NCBI RefSeq assembly: GCF_018350175.1
Contig: NC_058368.1
Location: 210,802,001 to 210,866,000, forward strand
Direction: 5' to 3'
Origin: Felis catus
Taxonomy: Eukaryota
DNA: 64,000 nt
Both the position numbers and the translations under genes were made by a program. Shown here piece by piece: positions 1 to 13,503 of the stretch; the first letter of the stretch is position 1; the number at the start of each line of letters is the position of its first letter. Below the pieces are notes generated by a model, which did no database searches, had not been told where the DNA came from, and was given only the letters and a program-made list of their open reading frames with translations.

Positions 1-134
1 TTTTTGTTAGTGCCACATAGAAGACAAAAAATTAAATTGTGAACAACTTTGAAACATATCTAATCTAATTATAAAATTCTAGAAACTTTAATGTTAATCA
101 TTTGTTTCCTTTTGAGATCCAGTAGTGGAGCTGA

Positions 135-570
135 GGCAGCATGTAAAAATGGCCCCAAATTCTTCAGTTTTCTTCCTCCACATCCTTGCAATGGTATCCT
201 GCAGATATTCTTATCAAAAAGAAGAATCTATTTCTCCACTCCTTAAATATGAGGTATGGGGTACCCATTGAACTTGAATCGACCAATGGGACATTAGCAA
301 AACAAAACAAACAAAAACCTGGGGTCTGATTTTCTTAATTGTCTTGTGACCCCCACGACTGTCATCACATTTTCTGGTCTGTTAGAAAATGAGAGACCAT
401 ATAGAGAGAGGCACCAGTCTTCCCTGCTGGACCTGATGAAGCTCCAGCCAACCCACCAGCTGATGAAAGACAGGTAGGAGATGCCAGCTGAGACCAGCAA
501 AAGGACAGCATAGCTGAGCCCAGCCCAAACAGCCTACTACATTTTGGGGTGGTTTGGGATACATAAGGCA
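135..570 (+). mobile_element. MaLR LTR (MLT1-like), degenerate
   Basis: Resembles MLT1 motifs (aaaaatggccccaaattctt...tatttctccactcctt...cagctgagcccagcccaaa...ttttggggtggtttg). Confidence 0.6.
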
Positions 571-1093
571 TAGTCACAGCCGTATTTTTAAAAAAATATG
601 ACCTTGATTTATTATTCCAAGTAAGTTCTATAATTAATATAGAGTATATTCTATATTTGGTTGTTTATATGGCAAGGCAATTTAGTTGTATAAATGAGAT
701 CTGGTCATTCTGACACTTGTAAAGAAGAAACTGGATTGGTCAGAACTGTTTTGATTACTGCTTGGGTGATAACACATTATGGTTAGAAAGGGAAAAAGAA
801 AAGGAAATTATTGTTGAATTCTGAGTCACTATTATGGATATGACATTTTGTTATGAAGAATCATCAAGCGTATTAAGACCTGCTCTCAAAAGTTGAATGG
901 AAAAGATTTATTTTTTGTTCCATTGTACAAGTAGTTCATATTTTAGAAATAGACTTTTCCAAGAATTTCACTGGAATGTGGAACACATTAGGTGCTCAGT
1001 GCAGCCTACAGATGTCCATTTATCCTGTAACACAGATGAAATATCTTATCTGCAATGGATAAAATAAAAAATAATAGAAGTCACATTTCTCTC

Positions 1094-1321
1094 TTTTTTA
1101 AATATTTCTTAATGTTTACTTATTTTTGAGAGAGAGAGGGATACAGAGTGTGAGCTGGGAAGGGATGGAAAGAGAGAAAGTACAGAATACAAAGCAGGCT
1201 GTAAGCTCCAGGCTCCGAGCTGTCAGCACAGAGCCCAAAGCAGGGCTCGAACTCATGAACCATGAGATCATGACCTAAGCCAAAGTCCAATGCTTAACTG
1301 AATGAGCCACTCAGGCACCCC
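1094..1321 (-). mobile_element. CAN-SINE (tRNA-derived carnivore SINE)
   Basis: Reverse-complement SINE body ending tcaggcacccc, with (GA)n and a T-rich tail. Confidence 0.92.
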
Positions 1322-2700
1322 ACCTTTCTCTTTTAATTATACTTGTGGAAGATTTAGACAGAATTACAATCTGAAATACCCTCAATTTAATTACCAGGCC
1401 CTCTGCCTCCCCCAGGAGCTGGAGCTACAAGCTTACCCTCATCCATGCCATGGTTCAGTTATCCAAAGGTGCCCAAGCAGCTCTTTTGGAGGAATGGGAT
1501 ATTGTCAGAAAGACCTTGAAGCTAAATATTCAAGCGTATTTGGGTTAAGAAGTGGGGGAAGAGTCTTCTGTTCAAATGCCAGTTTCAAGTAAACAATACA
1601 GAAAAGGTTTGGGGAAGGTAGACACAGTTGAGTTGGAGTGAATCCCAAGAACCAATCAAGATGCTAGCCAGAAGACCACAGAACCAGTTGGGAGACAAAC
1701 TGGGTTCATAGTCTCCACTTAAATGCCTATACTAAACTCATCACCTTTCCTTCAGTCCTGGTGCTCCCCAGTATTTCCCCATCTCTGTTGATAACCGAAT
1801 AAAACTATGACTCTGTGACCTAAAATGCTAGGACCATCCTAAGTTCAATCTTCTCTTATCATTCCTAATCTCCAATTTTCAATGAAGTGGTCTATTTTAA
1901 CTCCTATGTATGTTTTTATATCAGCCCTACTCCATTCTATACCTATTGGCACTGCCCCTACCTTAAACAATGTCAGCCCTTCCTTTACCATGCCTCCCCC
2001 CCCAATCCTTCTCCAAAACTCATCCTCCAAAAAACTCAAAGTGATATTTCTAACCCTAAATCTCATCATTTCTCATTCATATAATCACATTTGTTTACAA
2101 ATCACTAGGCAAGATAACAACTTGAGCACAGATCTCTGGCTCTCCCTTCACAAGCCCAACTAAAACAGAGTATACAAACCCCAGGGGGACACTGCCACAA
2201 CTTGGAAGCTAGAGAAGATATTCAGAGGCATTTCTGGTACATGAAGTACAAATGGAGCCAGAATAAAAGCATCCAGGGCTGACATCAGATTCATGACATG
2301 CTCCCCAAAAGCAGTAGGTACTTGAGGGAAGCAGAGGAAATTCTAGCCCTGACAAATGCCATTTTCTCTTTGGAAGACAGAAGGATGGATAAAAAAACAT
2401 GCCACATTGCACATGGGAATTTCACATTCCACCACTGTGAAACAGTGACCCTAGTGTCCACTGTGCAGGGAGGTTGGGACATGACACTTCACTAAAGGAG
2501 GAGGTAGGAATGGAGGCTCCTTGCTGCATTCCCCAGCCTGGCTGTAGGAATAGCATCTTTCCCCAACACTGAGAAGAAACAGTTCCCTTGATGGAAATAT
2601 CCAGAGCACTAACTTCTTTTAATGTCTTTCAGGTGGCTGGATCCCTGAACAAATCTCTGTCTGTTTGCATATGATATGATCTTATATACAGAAAACTCTA

Positions 2701-2910
2701 GGGGCACCTGAGTGGCTCAGTCAGTAGAGCCTCTGACTCCTCATTTCAGCTCAGTTCATGATCTCATGGTTGTGGGATCAAGCCTTGCATCACACTCCGT
2801 GCTTAGTGTCAAGTTTGCTTGGGATTCTCTCTCTCTCTCATTCTCTCTCTCTGTCTCTCTCCCTCTGCCTCCCCTCCCCACCTCTCTCTCAAGTATATTT
2901 TTTTAAAAAA
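2701..2910 (+). mobile_element. CAN-SINE inserted in L1
   Basis: SINE body; TSD agaaaactcta at 2690-2700 and 2911-2921. Confidence 0.93.
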
Positions 2911-3594
2911 AGAAAACTCTAAAGACTCCAACAACAGCAACAAAAAATATCTGTCAGAACTAAAAAACATATTCACTAAAGTTGCAGGATACAAAATCAA
3001 CATATGAAAATCTGTTGTTTTCCTATATACAATGGATAATCTGAAAAAGAGATGAGGAAAATAATCCCATTCATAATAGCATCAAAAATAATTATTTATG
3101 AATAAATTCAACCAAGGAAGTAAAAGGTCTTTGCACTAAAAACTACAAAACATTGGTGAAATACACAATTGGTGAAATACACATTGGTGGAATTGAAGAA
3201 TACACAAATAGATGGAAAGATATCTCATGTTCATGAGATTGGAAGAATCAGTAATGCTAACATGTCCATAATATTTAAAGTCATCTACAGATTCAATAAA
3301 ATCCCTATCAAATTTCCAATAGCATTTTTCACAGAAATTAAAAAAAAAAGCCCTACTAAAATTCATATGGAACCACAGAAAACATTGAATAGGCAAAACA
3401 TTCTTGAGCAAGAAGAACAGAAGTGTAGGCATCACACTGCCTGATTTCAAAATATATTACAAAGTTATAGTATTCAAAACAGTATGGTACTGTCATAAAA
3501 GCAGACATATAGACCAATGGAATAGAATTGAGTCCAGAAATAACTCCATACTTCTACAGTCAGCTGATCTTCAACAAAAGTGCCAAGGCTACCT

Positions 3595-3808
3595 GGGGCG
3601 CCTGGGTGGCGCAGTCGGTTAAGCATCCGACTTCAGCCAGGTCACGATCTCGCGGTCCGGGAGTTCGAGCCCTGCGTCAGGCTCTGGGCTGATGGCTCAG
3701 AGCCTGGAGCCTGTTTCCGATTCTGTGTCTCCCTCTCTCTCTGCCCCTACCCCGTTCATGCTCTGTCTCTCTCTGTCCCAAAAATAAATAAAAACGTTGA
3801 AAAAAAAA
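3595..3808 (+). mobile_element. Young felid CAN-SINE (SINEC_Fc-type) inserted in L1
   Basis: CpG-rich body; perfect 19-nt TSD aaaagtgccaaggctacct at 3576-3594 and 3809-3827. Confidence 0.95.
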
Positions 3809-5505
3809 AAAAGTGCCAAGGCTACCTAATGGGTAAAGACAGCGTCTTCAACAAATGGTGCTGGAAAAACTGGATGTCCACATGCATAAGAATGAAAATG
3901 TACCCTTATCTCACACTGTATACAAGAATCAACTCAAAATGGATTAAAGACGTACACATAAGACCTGAAATTATAAAACTACTAGAAGAAACTATAAGGG
4001 AAAAATCTTGACATTGGTCTAGACAATACTTTTTGTTTATTTGTTTGATTTTTGTTTTTGTTTTGTTTTTTTTAATATGACCCCAAAAACATAGGCAACA
4101 AAAGCAAACATATATAAGTGGAAATACATCTAATTTCATGAAAAGTTTCTACATAGTAAAGGAGACCATCAGCAGAGTGAAGATGTAACCTACAGAATGG
4201 GAAAAAGTTTTGCAAACGTACCTTTAGTTAATATCCAAAATATATAAGGAACTCAAACAACTTAATAGCAAAACCCCAAATAAACCAATTTAAAAATGGG
4301 CAAAGGACCCGAACAGACATTTCTCAAAAGAAGGCAAACAAATGGCCAATAGGTATACGAGAAGGTGCTCAACATCACTAATTACCAGGGAAATGCAAAT
4401 TAAAACTATAATGAGATATCATTTTACATCTGTTGGAGTGGCTATTACATTAAAAAATAAACACACACACACACAAGAGATAACAAGTGCTGGCAAGTCT
4501 GTGGAGAAAAGGGAACCCTTGGAAACTGATGCTGAGAATGTAAATTGGTGTAGCCTTTATGGAATATAATATGGTTTGTTCCTCAAAAAATTATGAATAG
4601 AACTACCATTCGACCCAGCAATCCCACTTCTGGGCATATATCCAAAGGAAATTAAATCACTGTCTCAAAGAGATGTCTGCATCCCCGTGTTTGTTGTAGC
4701 ACTATTCCCAATAGCCAAGATATAGAAAAACCTAAGATTCCACTGATGGATAAACGGATAAAGAAAAATTAGTATATATACACAACGGGCACATTATTAA
4801 GCCTTAAAAAAGAAGGAAACTCTGCCATTTGTGACAACATGGATGAACCTGGAAGGCATTATGCTAAGTGAAATAAGTCAAGCATAGAAAGATAAATACT
4901 GCATAATCCCACTTATATGTCAATCTAAAAAAGTTGAATTTATAAATGTAGATCTTAAGTGTTCTCACCAAACACACAAAAAATTATGTGAGGTGATGGA
5001 TATGCCAATTAGTTTCATTATGGCAATAATTTCACAAGGTATACATATATTAAATCATCACATTGTACACATGAAGTATATACAATATTTATTTGTCAAT
5101 TATACCTCAAAAGAACTGGGAAAAAGCTCCCTCTTACCTCCAAAAGTAGCAATAGATACACGTCATCGACGTAGATTTTAGATTTCTTTTTTGTCAGTAT
5201 TTTTTAAATGTAGGAAAATATACATAAAAATTACCATCTCAAATATTTTTAAGGGTACAATTCAGTGGTAAAAAGCACATTCACGATATTGTATAACCAT
5301 CACCAGAGTTTAGATTCTTCAGTGATTGTTTTGCACAGATTTTTTTTCCCGAGTGTATTTGCTGTGATGATGTGAAGTTTTTCTGTTGACATTTGATTCA
5401 GAGTAACAGATACTAAATAAATAAGATACACAAATGTATGCATAAAAGACTACATTTTTGCAAAGTTTCCATCACTATTATTCAAGGAATATCTAAATAT
5501 CTTAC

Positions 5506-5692
5506 CTCTTGTGCTTCGTGGGCTATTAACTGGTCCATTAACAGCCTCCGCCGTCTTTTCTCCCTTTGCTCTCGTGCAAAAGCATCCTCCTCGAGGCGCT
5601 TTTGGATTTTTTTAATGTAGTCATCATCCGAATATGTGTTTAATAAATCAGTAGTTGTCTGGCCTGCTGTATCTGAAGAAGGCTTGGAGGCA
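5506..5692 (-). CDS. SPEF2: SPEF2 coding exon 7 (187 nt, SASKPSSDTAGQTTTDLLNTYSDDDYIKKIQKRLEEDAFAREQREKRRRRLLMDQLIAHEAQE)
   Basis: Acceptor gtccttAG|T, donor GAG|GTAAGA; phase 2/0; open frame. Confidence 0.96.
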
Positions 5693-6521
5693 CTAAGGAC
5701 GACAGTTTTTATTGGGATTTAGAAAAACAGTGTAACCACATGCTGCTACTTGCGACTATGGAGGAAGACCTCGGGGAAAAGGCTCCCTTCAGTGCTCGGT
5801 TAACTTATTAATACAAGCATTAAAGCAAATCTTAGAACTTCATTGTGACACCTATGGCTTATCGTTAGATTCCATTCGCTGTATTTCTGGACTCTATGTT
5901 GGGAGGTCTTCAGCATAGCCTTAGCATAGCCTTCTTTCTAGGCCTATCGCCTATTTGTTCTTTCACTTATCATGATCTTCACTGAGCCCAGAGATTGGAT
6001 TTTCTTTCCCTCTTCTGCCTGCTGGCTCTAGGCCTCTTGCCTCCCCTGTTTTGAGTTAAGAGTAAGTACAATATTGATAGCCAAAGTGTCAGGGAAGGCA
6101 TACCTCCTCATAAGTCAGCCAGATCTTCCAATGTCAGGACACTGAGCATCCTTCCATGCATAGCTCGATCCACTACTCCCCTATGCAAACGCAAGTTGCT
6201 CTATGAACTCCCAATAACTTTCTGAATGCTTAGAGCAGTGGCCCCGCTCTAACTGGAAGCTTAGCAGCTGAAAATTGACTTGCTCATCATGCCACACTTG
6301 CACCCACAAGACTGACCTAGCCTCTTGCCCAAGTTCTGGAGACCCAAGTAAGAAGACCTACTTCGCTTCTTGTCCCACCTCATGTCCAAACCTAAAGGAT
6401 CAGGAAGAGCCTAGTGGTCTTACTAACAGAAAGCAAACACACTCAGTTTAGCAGGACAATGGTGGCTTAGTACAGAATTTATAGATTCATTCAAAAGTTA
6501 CCTTTAAAAGTAAAAGATACA

Positions 6522-6688
6522 GGGGTGCCTGGGTGACTCAGTCAGTTAAGCGTCTGACTTTGGCTCAGGTCATGATCTCCCAGTTCATGAGTTTGAGGCT
6601 TGCATCAGGCTCTGTGCTCGCATCAGGCTCAGAGCCTAAAGCCTGCTTCGGATTCTGTCTCCCTCTGTCTCTGGCCCTCCCCCGCTCA

Positions 6689-6775
<87 letters not shown>

Positions 6776-6825
6776 CCTCTCTCTCTCAAAAATAAACATT
6801 AAAATAAATAAAAGTATGTTTTAAA
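6522..6825 (+). mobile_element. CAN-SINE with expanded (CT)n
   Basis: SINE body; (CT)n at ~6692-6787; TSD aaaagtaaaaga(t/c)ac. Confidence 0.94.
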
Positions 6826-8597
6826 AAAAGTAAAAGACACATTTTTATGTATATAAGAATCAAATAATCAATTCTCATCTGCATGTCTCTTTACAAAATA
6901 AACAGAATACAACAGTAGAATGGAACAAGATATATCTTGTTACCTGCCAATAAATAACAAGTTTTAATATTATCAATAATTATTTTAAATATTATAAGTT
7001 ATTAATGTATTCAGTTTAAATAGAACTTACTGTCTTATTCAAAAGGCAAGGACACATTATTGTATGTAGCAACTAAATAGTCATCAATTCTTATACAGAC
7101 CGAAGCATTAAAGAGGTATAAAAGCACAGTTAATTCATGTTTAATGAAGTAATAGTTGCACGTGTGTAGTGTAGATCACATTGTATTATAGTTCATTTTT
7201 TTGTACATTTGCTGCTCCCAGATGAACTCTGAGCTTGTGAATATCCTATTATACTCCTCTCTGTCCATGTGCTCATCATCCTGACATGTAGTTGATATCT
7301 GCTAAATTTCAAATGATATGCTAAGAAGCACTATACAGAGTAATTTTTTTTAGATTACACACTGAAATCCTGGTGATTTTATCAGCAGGGGCTTAACCTT
7401 CAGTTGTGTTCTGTCACTAAGAGGCACTGAGCAGAAATTGTGTAGCCAGCAAAGCCTTAGGAGGATCAAAGACGAAGTTTAACCCTATTTATTAAGATTT
7501 AGTACAATTAAGAACTTATGAAAATTATGTGGCATAACTTTTTAGGTCCTTTGTTAAAATTCTTATTATATTTTTACTCAAATGTGTTCTTAGAAAGAGT
7601 TTGCTTTGGATTGTATATGGGTTAATAGACTTAACATATTGTTTGTCCTTTATTTATCAATCACTTTGCCCTGTAACCATCCATCTGCTGTCTCATTCCA
7701 ATTAAAGGCTGAAGAAAGCTACATGATATTTACTTGAATAAATATTCATTTTCCTAGATGTGGGTTTCTTGAGGGCAATGATTATGATTTCTCTATATCT
7801 GCTTGTCAGGCCTCCACAGAGTTAATAATTGGGTGTGTAATTACATGACTAGTAATTGGAACCTTGGCCAAATTTGTGTGTATTTAAAAAGTAATTGCTA
7901 GGAACAGCCTAAAGTAAATCTATGAATCCAAATGTCAAATCACAGCAGCCAACAATCTCAGCTAAAAAAAAAAAAATAGCAGATAGCATTTATTGTTTGT
8001 TTTAGAAAATAAAGACATTATACATGTGAGGAAGAAGCAGCCATGGGAACTCTTGTGTTGCTCTGAGAAAACATTTCACTTCTCCACAAGAGAAAAAAGA
8101 TGGACTTTGAGGTGATATCTCTGAGGAACTGTTTCAGGAGCAGGCTGTGAAAGAGGCAGCTGCAGAAATTGCTCCTTCTGGTCAACTTGGGAGATTTTAG
8201 CGCTTTCTGGCATCAAGTAGTGTGAAGTTTTTGAAAGAGCCCAGAACATGCTTGATCCTAAGCTAAATATTCAGAATGAACTAATGTAGTGATTAATAAA
8301 AGGGACTTAACAAAGGCCATACTGTACCATAACTTCTGTTTTCTTTACAAGTTTGCTCCAGACTAGTGCCTCCCGACATTCTTTAAAGAGAAAATGCTCA
8401 TTTGCAGCATACTAGAAGGGACTGGAGTCCCAGATGAGGCTGCACAGTCACAGGTGACTAGTCTAGGGAGTCTGGCTGCCCCAAGGCCTATCCTGCCGCT
8501 CTCAGAATTGAAGCGTGGCTGTCTGTATCTCATGTCTCCCAGCGCTAAGTCTCTGGCAAGACCAAGTGAAGGCTTCCACATAGAAAGGACCTGTATA

Positions 8598-8845
8598 GGG
8601 GCGCCTGGGTGGCTCAGTCGGTTAAGCGTCCAACTTCGGCTGAGGTCATGATCTCACGGTCCGTGCGGTCCGTGCGGTCCGTGAGTTTGAGCCCCGCGTC
8701 AGGCTCTGTGCTGACAGCTCAGAGCCTGGAGCCTGTTTCGGATTCTGTGTCTCCCTCTCTCTCTGACCCTCCCCCATTCATGCTCTGTCTCTCTCTGTCT
8801 CAAAAATAAATAAACGTTAAAAAAAAAAAATTAAAAAAAAAAAAA
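8598..8845 (+). mobile_element. Felid CAN-SINE with internal 9-nt triplication
   Basis: TSD agaaaggacctgtatag at 8582-8598 and 8846-8862. Confidence 0.95.
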
Positions 8846-8889
8846 AGAAAGGACCTGTATAGACAATGCTATTTCCTTCCCTTTTTCCT

Positions 8890-9345
8890 CAAAACAGAGC
8901 CCCAGGGTTTACTCAGGAAAACAATGTACCCAGCTAAAGACTACATTTCCAAGCCTTCCATTCTTGCCAGGTATGGCCATGTGACTGAATTCTGGCCAAT
9001 AAAACGGAAGCACAAATGTTACCTCGGACTTTGGGGAAGGTTCTTAGAAGGAGCTATTTCAGCCATTTCAGATATCTACTTTTTGCCTATCCTCCTTCCT
9101 TACATCTAGAACATGGGCCAAATGGCCAGCGCCCCAGGAGCCATCTTGTATTATGAATGTGAATTTGGGGACAAACAAGACACAAAAGAACAGTGGAGCT
9201 AAAGGAAAGCCTGTCTTTGATGACTTTGGAGCTCCAACACGTGCTTTGAGCTGCTTACGTCTTGACTTCTCTTACATGAGAGAGAAGTAAACTTATTTAA
9301 TTATTTAATTAATTTAACCCACTCTTGTTTGGGGTTTCCAAAGCT
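8890..9345 (+). mobile_element. MaLR LTR (old MLT1-like)
   Basis: cccagctaaagactacatttcc...ggccatgtgactgaattctggccaat...gccatcttg...acatgagagagaagtaaac resemble MLT1 motifs. Confidence 0.7.
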
Positions 9346-9878
9346 AACTGATAGGGAGACTTAGGTTCAGGTTGGGTTGGCAAAGGCAATAATAGCGAGC
9401 AGAGGAAATGTTTGCAGCTGTACTGTACAAGGATGGTCTTTAAACTATTTAATAAACTGACATGGCAAGGACACTAATCGATCAAAGATGGGTGTTGGTA
9501 CAGGAATGAGAAGACACTGCCGTGTTTGGTGCTAATTCTGGCTGCTAAATTGTGTGGAAATTGAGGGGTCCCAGGAAAGGGAATGGCCATAGAGCTATAG
9601 AGAATAATACCACTCGCCTACAAGTAACGGAAGTATTTCAATATGTTAATATGGTTGCACTGGTGGATACCATCTGTTTATCACTCCAGAGTGCGTGGCT
9701 GGTCAGGTGAATGAAAGAGTTGGAAGAAATCCGGTGGTTTCATGGGCCAGTCCAGAGGGGTATGGTGGGGTTTGGATGGTGGCTACATGGGTAGGTAGCT
9801 TGGATTGTGTTTTCTTTAGCAGTCAGGGGCAGCACTGATAAATGGCAGTGGGAACCAGAATAGGGCATCAAGAGTTTC

Positions 9879-10073
9879 GGGGCACCTGGGTGGCTCAGTC
9901 AGTTAAGCGTCTGTCTCTTGGTTTCAGCTCAGGTCATGATCTCACGGTTTTGTGGGTTCGAGCTCTGCATCGGGCTCTGTGCTGGCAGCAAGGAGACTGC
10001 TTGGGATTCTCTCTCCCTCTCTCTCTGCCCCTTTCCAGTCATGCTGTCTCTGTCTCAAGCGGAAAGAAAAAAA
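9879..10073 (+). mobile_element. CAN-SINE
   Basis: SINE body; TSD aagagtttc. Confidence 0.92.
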
Positions 10074-10925
10074 AAGAGTTTCTGCAGAGGGTAGAAGAAA
10101 AGGTAATGTATGTATCCTTCATTTTGCTTTATTTTCATTCCGTACCTGACTTCCTCACCATCTGTTCTTCTTTTCCTTATTCCTTTTGTTTCCTTCCCTC
10201 AGAAATACTACTGTGGAACTGACTTACATAATTTGTGCCTATTTTCTTCTTTAACAGAGATTTAATTCATGTTCCATAAAATGTAAGTGACTAGAATCTG
10301 GGTAGTTTCCATTTAAAAATGCAGAAGAACTCGAGTTGCTCCTACCTACGTAATCTATAATCCCTAATCAATTATCTTCTGTGAGTCAATGACCCCTAAT
10401 AGGAACAATAAAGGGAGAGGATCTTTATCTTTAAGCAAATGAAGCCCATTAACCAGGCATTTTTTGCAATGAACTCATGGAACTGACCATCTTAGTGACA
10501 GTTGAACTCATCTGACAACTTTTTATTGCTGGTCCCTGTGCTAAATGCTGAGGTTGCAACATGAAAGAAACCAACTAGAGTCTAATAAAGGCTTTACTGT
10601 GACAAATTTAAATTAGTGGTAACTTGCAACAATTTTCGTGAATGTTTTAAAAGTGTGTGAATTTAGGACAGTAAGCATAGCATAGAAAACTAAATTCACA
10701 TCTCATAATAGCCACTTTCCCTTCTGATCTCCACAAAAGTTGTTAAGGAACAATTAATCTGAATTTTAGCTCATTTACCTTACTTCATATATTCTCGTCA
10801 TGAAGATTCTACAAAGTAAAAAGATCTTTGGAGCAGCTACTTCCAATAAACTATTTCTAAATATTTAAAAGTTACAGATAGGACAAAATGCAGTTTTGTG
10901 ACTGTTAAAACAATTCACATCTCAC

Positions 10926-10990
10926 CTTTCTTTTGCCTGGAGATCCTTTTTTATTAATGCTTCAAACTTCTTAATCTCATTGGCCACAAC
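10926..10990 (-). CDS. SPEF2: SPEF2 coding exon 6 (65 nt, VVANEIKKFEALIKKDLQAKE-S)
   Basis: Acceptor tttctttaaAG|GTT, donor AG|GTGAGA; phase 0/2. Confidence 0.95.
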
Positions 10991-11609
10991 CTTTAAAGAA
11001 AAGTCGTTATCAGTTTTCTGCCTCTAGAAACCACTGAAAATCTTCATTTTGCAAGTTTACGAGATGCTTTGCACTACTAACCCAAGCCAATTAGGAGCTA
11101 AGATACAAAAAGCTGTACTCTAGAATATTTTTATAATTCTGATTAGGCTAAATATACCTCAGAGAATGTGAAAACTGCCTAACTTGAATCATTCCGCTCA
11201 TGATTCCAGTTCTGACAGTGTAACATTTGATGAAAATGAAGATTACCAAGGAGTCAGGCCATGCATTTTTATTTGCAATTCTTTTAAATGAGCATAAGCA
11301 TTATTTGGATATAAATGCTTCTTCAAAAATTGTTGTCTCAGATGTTTTAAGCATTTCTTGTGCAACTTTATGTATGTTATTAATTTGCTCTCTCAAAATT
11401 AGTTTAGCTCATCTCCTATCTAGTGCAAATACTTATTAATAAACCTTAATCAACTCAGAGAAATATAAAAACTACATACTTTCCTAAAATTTGGGTCTGA
11501 AAAACCTCTGTGGGTATAATTCTTTAGATTCCAAGTATAAGATATTTTTCAAATATTAAAAAAATAAAGACATGTGGATTAACATAAAACACAAGGGATT
11601 TAGATATCG

Positions 11610-11815
11610 GAGAGACGTGCTGTCTCTGCTTTACCAGCACTGTGGGCGAGAGTGAAACATGGAGGCTTTCCGAGTCTAAGTTTCCTTACTTAGAAACGGG
11701 GGGCAACAATACCCTACTTGGAGAGTTTTTAAAAAATAAAGATAATAAGATAAAATAAAGTGGCCAACACAGACTGACATATAGCAGGTTCTCAATAAAT
11801 AGTAGCTATTATTCT
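11610..11815 (+). mobile_element. MIR, degenerate
   Basis: MIR core-like sequence and 3' end ctcaataaatagtagctattatt. Confidence 0.65.
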
Positions 11816-12456
11816 TCTCCTGAGGTCACAGGAGAGACTATCATTAATAACCACTGTAGCATAAGCAGTGTAGATTGCAGGAATTAGTATCAAAACGTAG
11901 TCCTGCTCCCCTGTGAAATATAAGCACATTGTATCCTACTGGAATGATTGACAGCTGGTACGGGCCAGTAAAATATCACTAGTATAGGTATCTTAAATTG
12001 GAAGATAGCAAGCAAACCACTTAACATTTCTGGACTCAGAAAAATGCATAATGAGAAAGAACTGAGTAAAATATTGTTGGAACATATATAGTATGTGTAC
12101 CTTGAATGACACCTCTGTGCCCATGGCTGTTATGACTCATCACAGAAGTACCATTCTATAATAGTTTTGATGTGATCACAGGATCCTTCTCAACACAGAA
12201 GGCCAGATTGGTATTGTCATTTAATATGAGTTTCTTATCCCTGACCTAAAGGTACATTCTCTGATTCTGAACAAATAACAGTATAAAAAGGATTAGATAT
12301 GCATGCAGTGGAGGGCTTTTGAATCAGAAGGAACGATGACACAGATCATTAGAAAAGGAACTAAGAAGTTGGAGGAGTTTTCTCTGTACGTTTTAGAAAA
12401 AGATCAGTCTTTCATTAAGATTAACACAACGCCATATTAAAGGATTATCACCTTAC

Positions 12457-12597
12457 CTCTGCCTCTTTTTTCTTTTTCATCATTTTTTGGGCCTCAAGTG
12501 CTTTCAAAGTACGATTTGATGCAGGTTTAGGAATCTGAATGATAGCTGCTTGGATTTTGGCCATTATTTCATTTTGTCGTCTTCTGCTCAAGCGTTG
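12457..12597 (-). CDS. SPEF2: SPEF2 coding exon 5 (141 nt, QRLSRRRQNEIMAKIQAAIIQIPKPASNRTLKALEAQKMMKKKKEAE)
   Basis: Acceptor atcCAG|CAA, donor GAG|GTAAGG; 47 codons, phase 0/0. Confidence 0.96.
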
Positions 12598-12778
12598 CTG
12601 GATATCCCATATACATTAGTTTAGTTATTCCACTCATTAGAACAACAGGCTATATTATATGCTCACAGGTACACATACATACATTTTTCCATTGAAACTT
12701 TCAGAACTCAGCAATTTACCAATGGACTAAGTGTCACAACTGTGTAATGTTAGGAAGCAGATGTCAATATGACTCACC

Positions 12779-12996
12779 TTTTTTTTTTTTTTAATGTTTG
12801 TATTTATTTTTGAGAGAGAGAGAGTGTGTGTGTGCAGGGAAGGGGCAGAAAGAGAGAGGGAGACACAGAATCCAAAGTAGGCTCCAGGCTCTGAGCTGTC
12901 AGCACAGAGCCCGACACAAGGCTTCAACTCATGAGCCATGAGATAATGACCTGAGCCGAAATCAGATGCTCAACTGAATGAGCCACCCAGGTACCC
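12779..12996 (-). mobile_element. CAN-SINE
   Basis: Reverse SINE; TSD caat(a/g)tgactca(c/t)ctt. Confidence 0.94.
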
Positions 12997-13503
12997 TCAA
13001 TGTGACTCATCTTGAAAAGTATAATATTAATACAATTTTGGAATCACCAAATTATGCCTATCAAATGTGTATATCTTCATTCTGGGTGATGATACTAAAA
13101 GGGTAATAAAAATGCCTCAAATACAAAGAAGAATATAATTCTTTCTTAATTCCACCTTCCTGACCTGCCCAATAATGTAAAGAGAAAATGCTGTCTCTAA
13201 AGATGGTCTGCAGAGAAAGTTCCATCTAGGAGATGGTCTCTAGGAGGACTTCTGGGGAACCCAGAAGAAATGACAAACTTCCCCAAAACTCAGTCACACT
13301 TTAAACAATGAATTCAGAAGCAACCTCAAATATTGGATTAAATACTGAATTATGTGATACCATTATTGGATCATCTCTTCTCTATGTAGGCAGTCATTAT
13401 TTTAAGTAGAAAATAAGCAGGAGGGTACAAGTAAAGAAAAATAATAGTGAGAATGAAATAAAATATTAAAAAAAAATAAATGTTCTAAGAAGGAACATGT
13501 AAA

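Larger units (their letters stand above)
2655..5126 (+). mobile_element. 5'-truncated, decayed LINE-1 (ORF2 3' part plus L1MA-type 3' UTR), interrupted by two SINEs
   Basis: Decayed RT motif region (ctgtttgcatatgatatgatcttatat, cf. LFADDMILY); ORF2 peptides [43 protein letters not shown]; many frameshifts and stops. Confidence 0.93.

Noticed and set aside
1..2650. Search for SPEF2 exon 8
   Set aside because: No minus-strand segment continuing the SPEF2 protein was found; the exon presumably lies left of the window.
3152..3189. Tandem attggtgaaatacaca repeat
   Set aside because: Local slippage duplication inside a dead L1; there are no spacers, so it is not CRISPR-like.
3595..3680. tRNA-like A/B boxes in SINE heads
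   Set aside because: These are the tRNA-derived heads of CAN-SINEs, not tRNA genes.
3136..4569. Cluster of ORFs resembling a reverse-transcriptase protein
   Set aside because: These are frameshifted remnants of L1 ORF2 interrupted by SINEs, not a functional gene.
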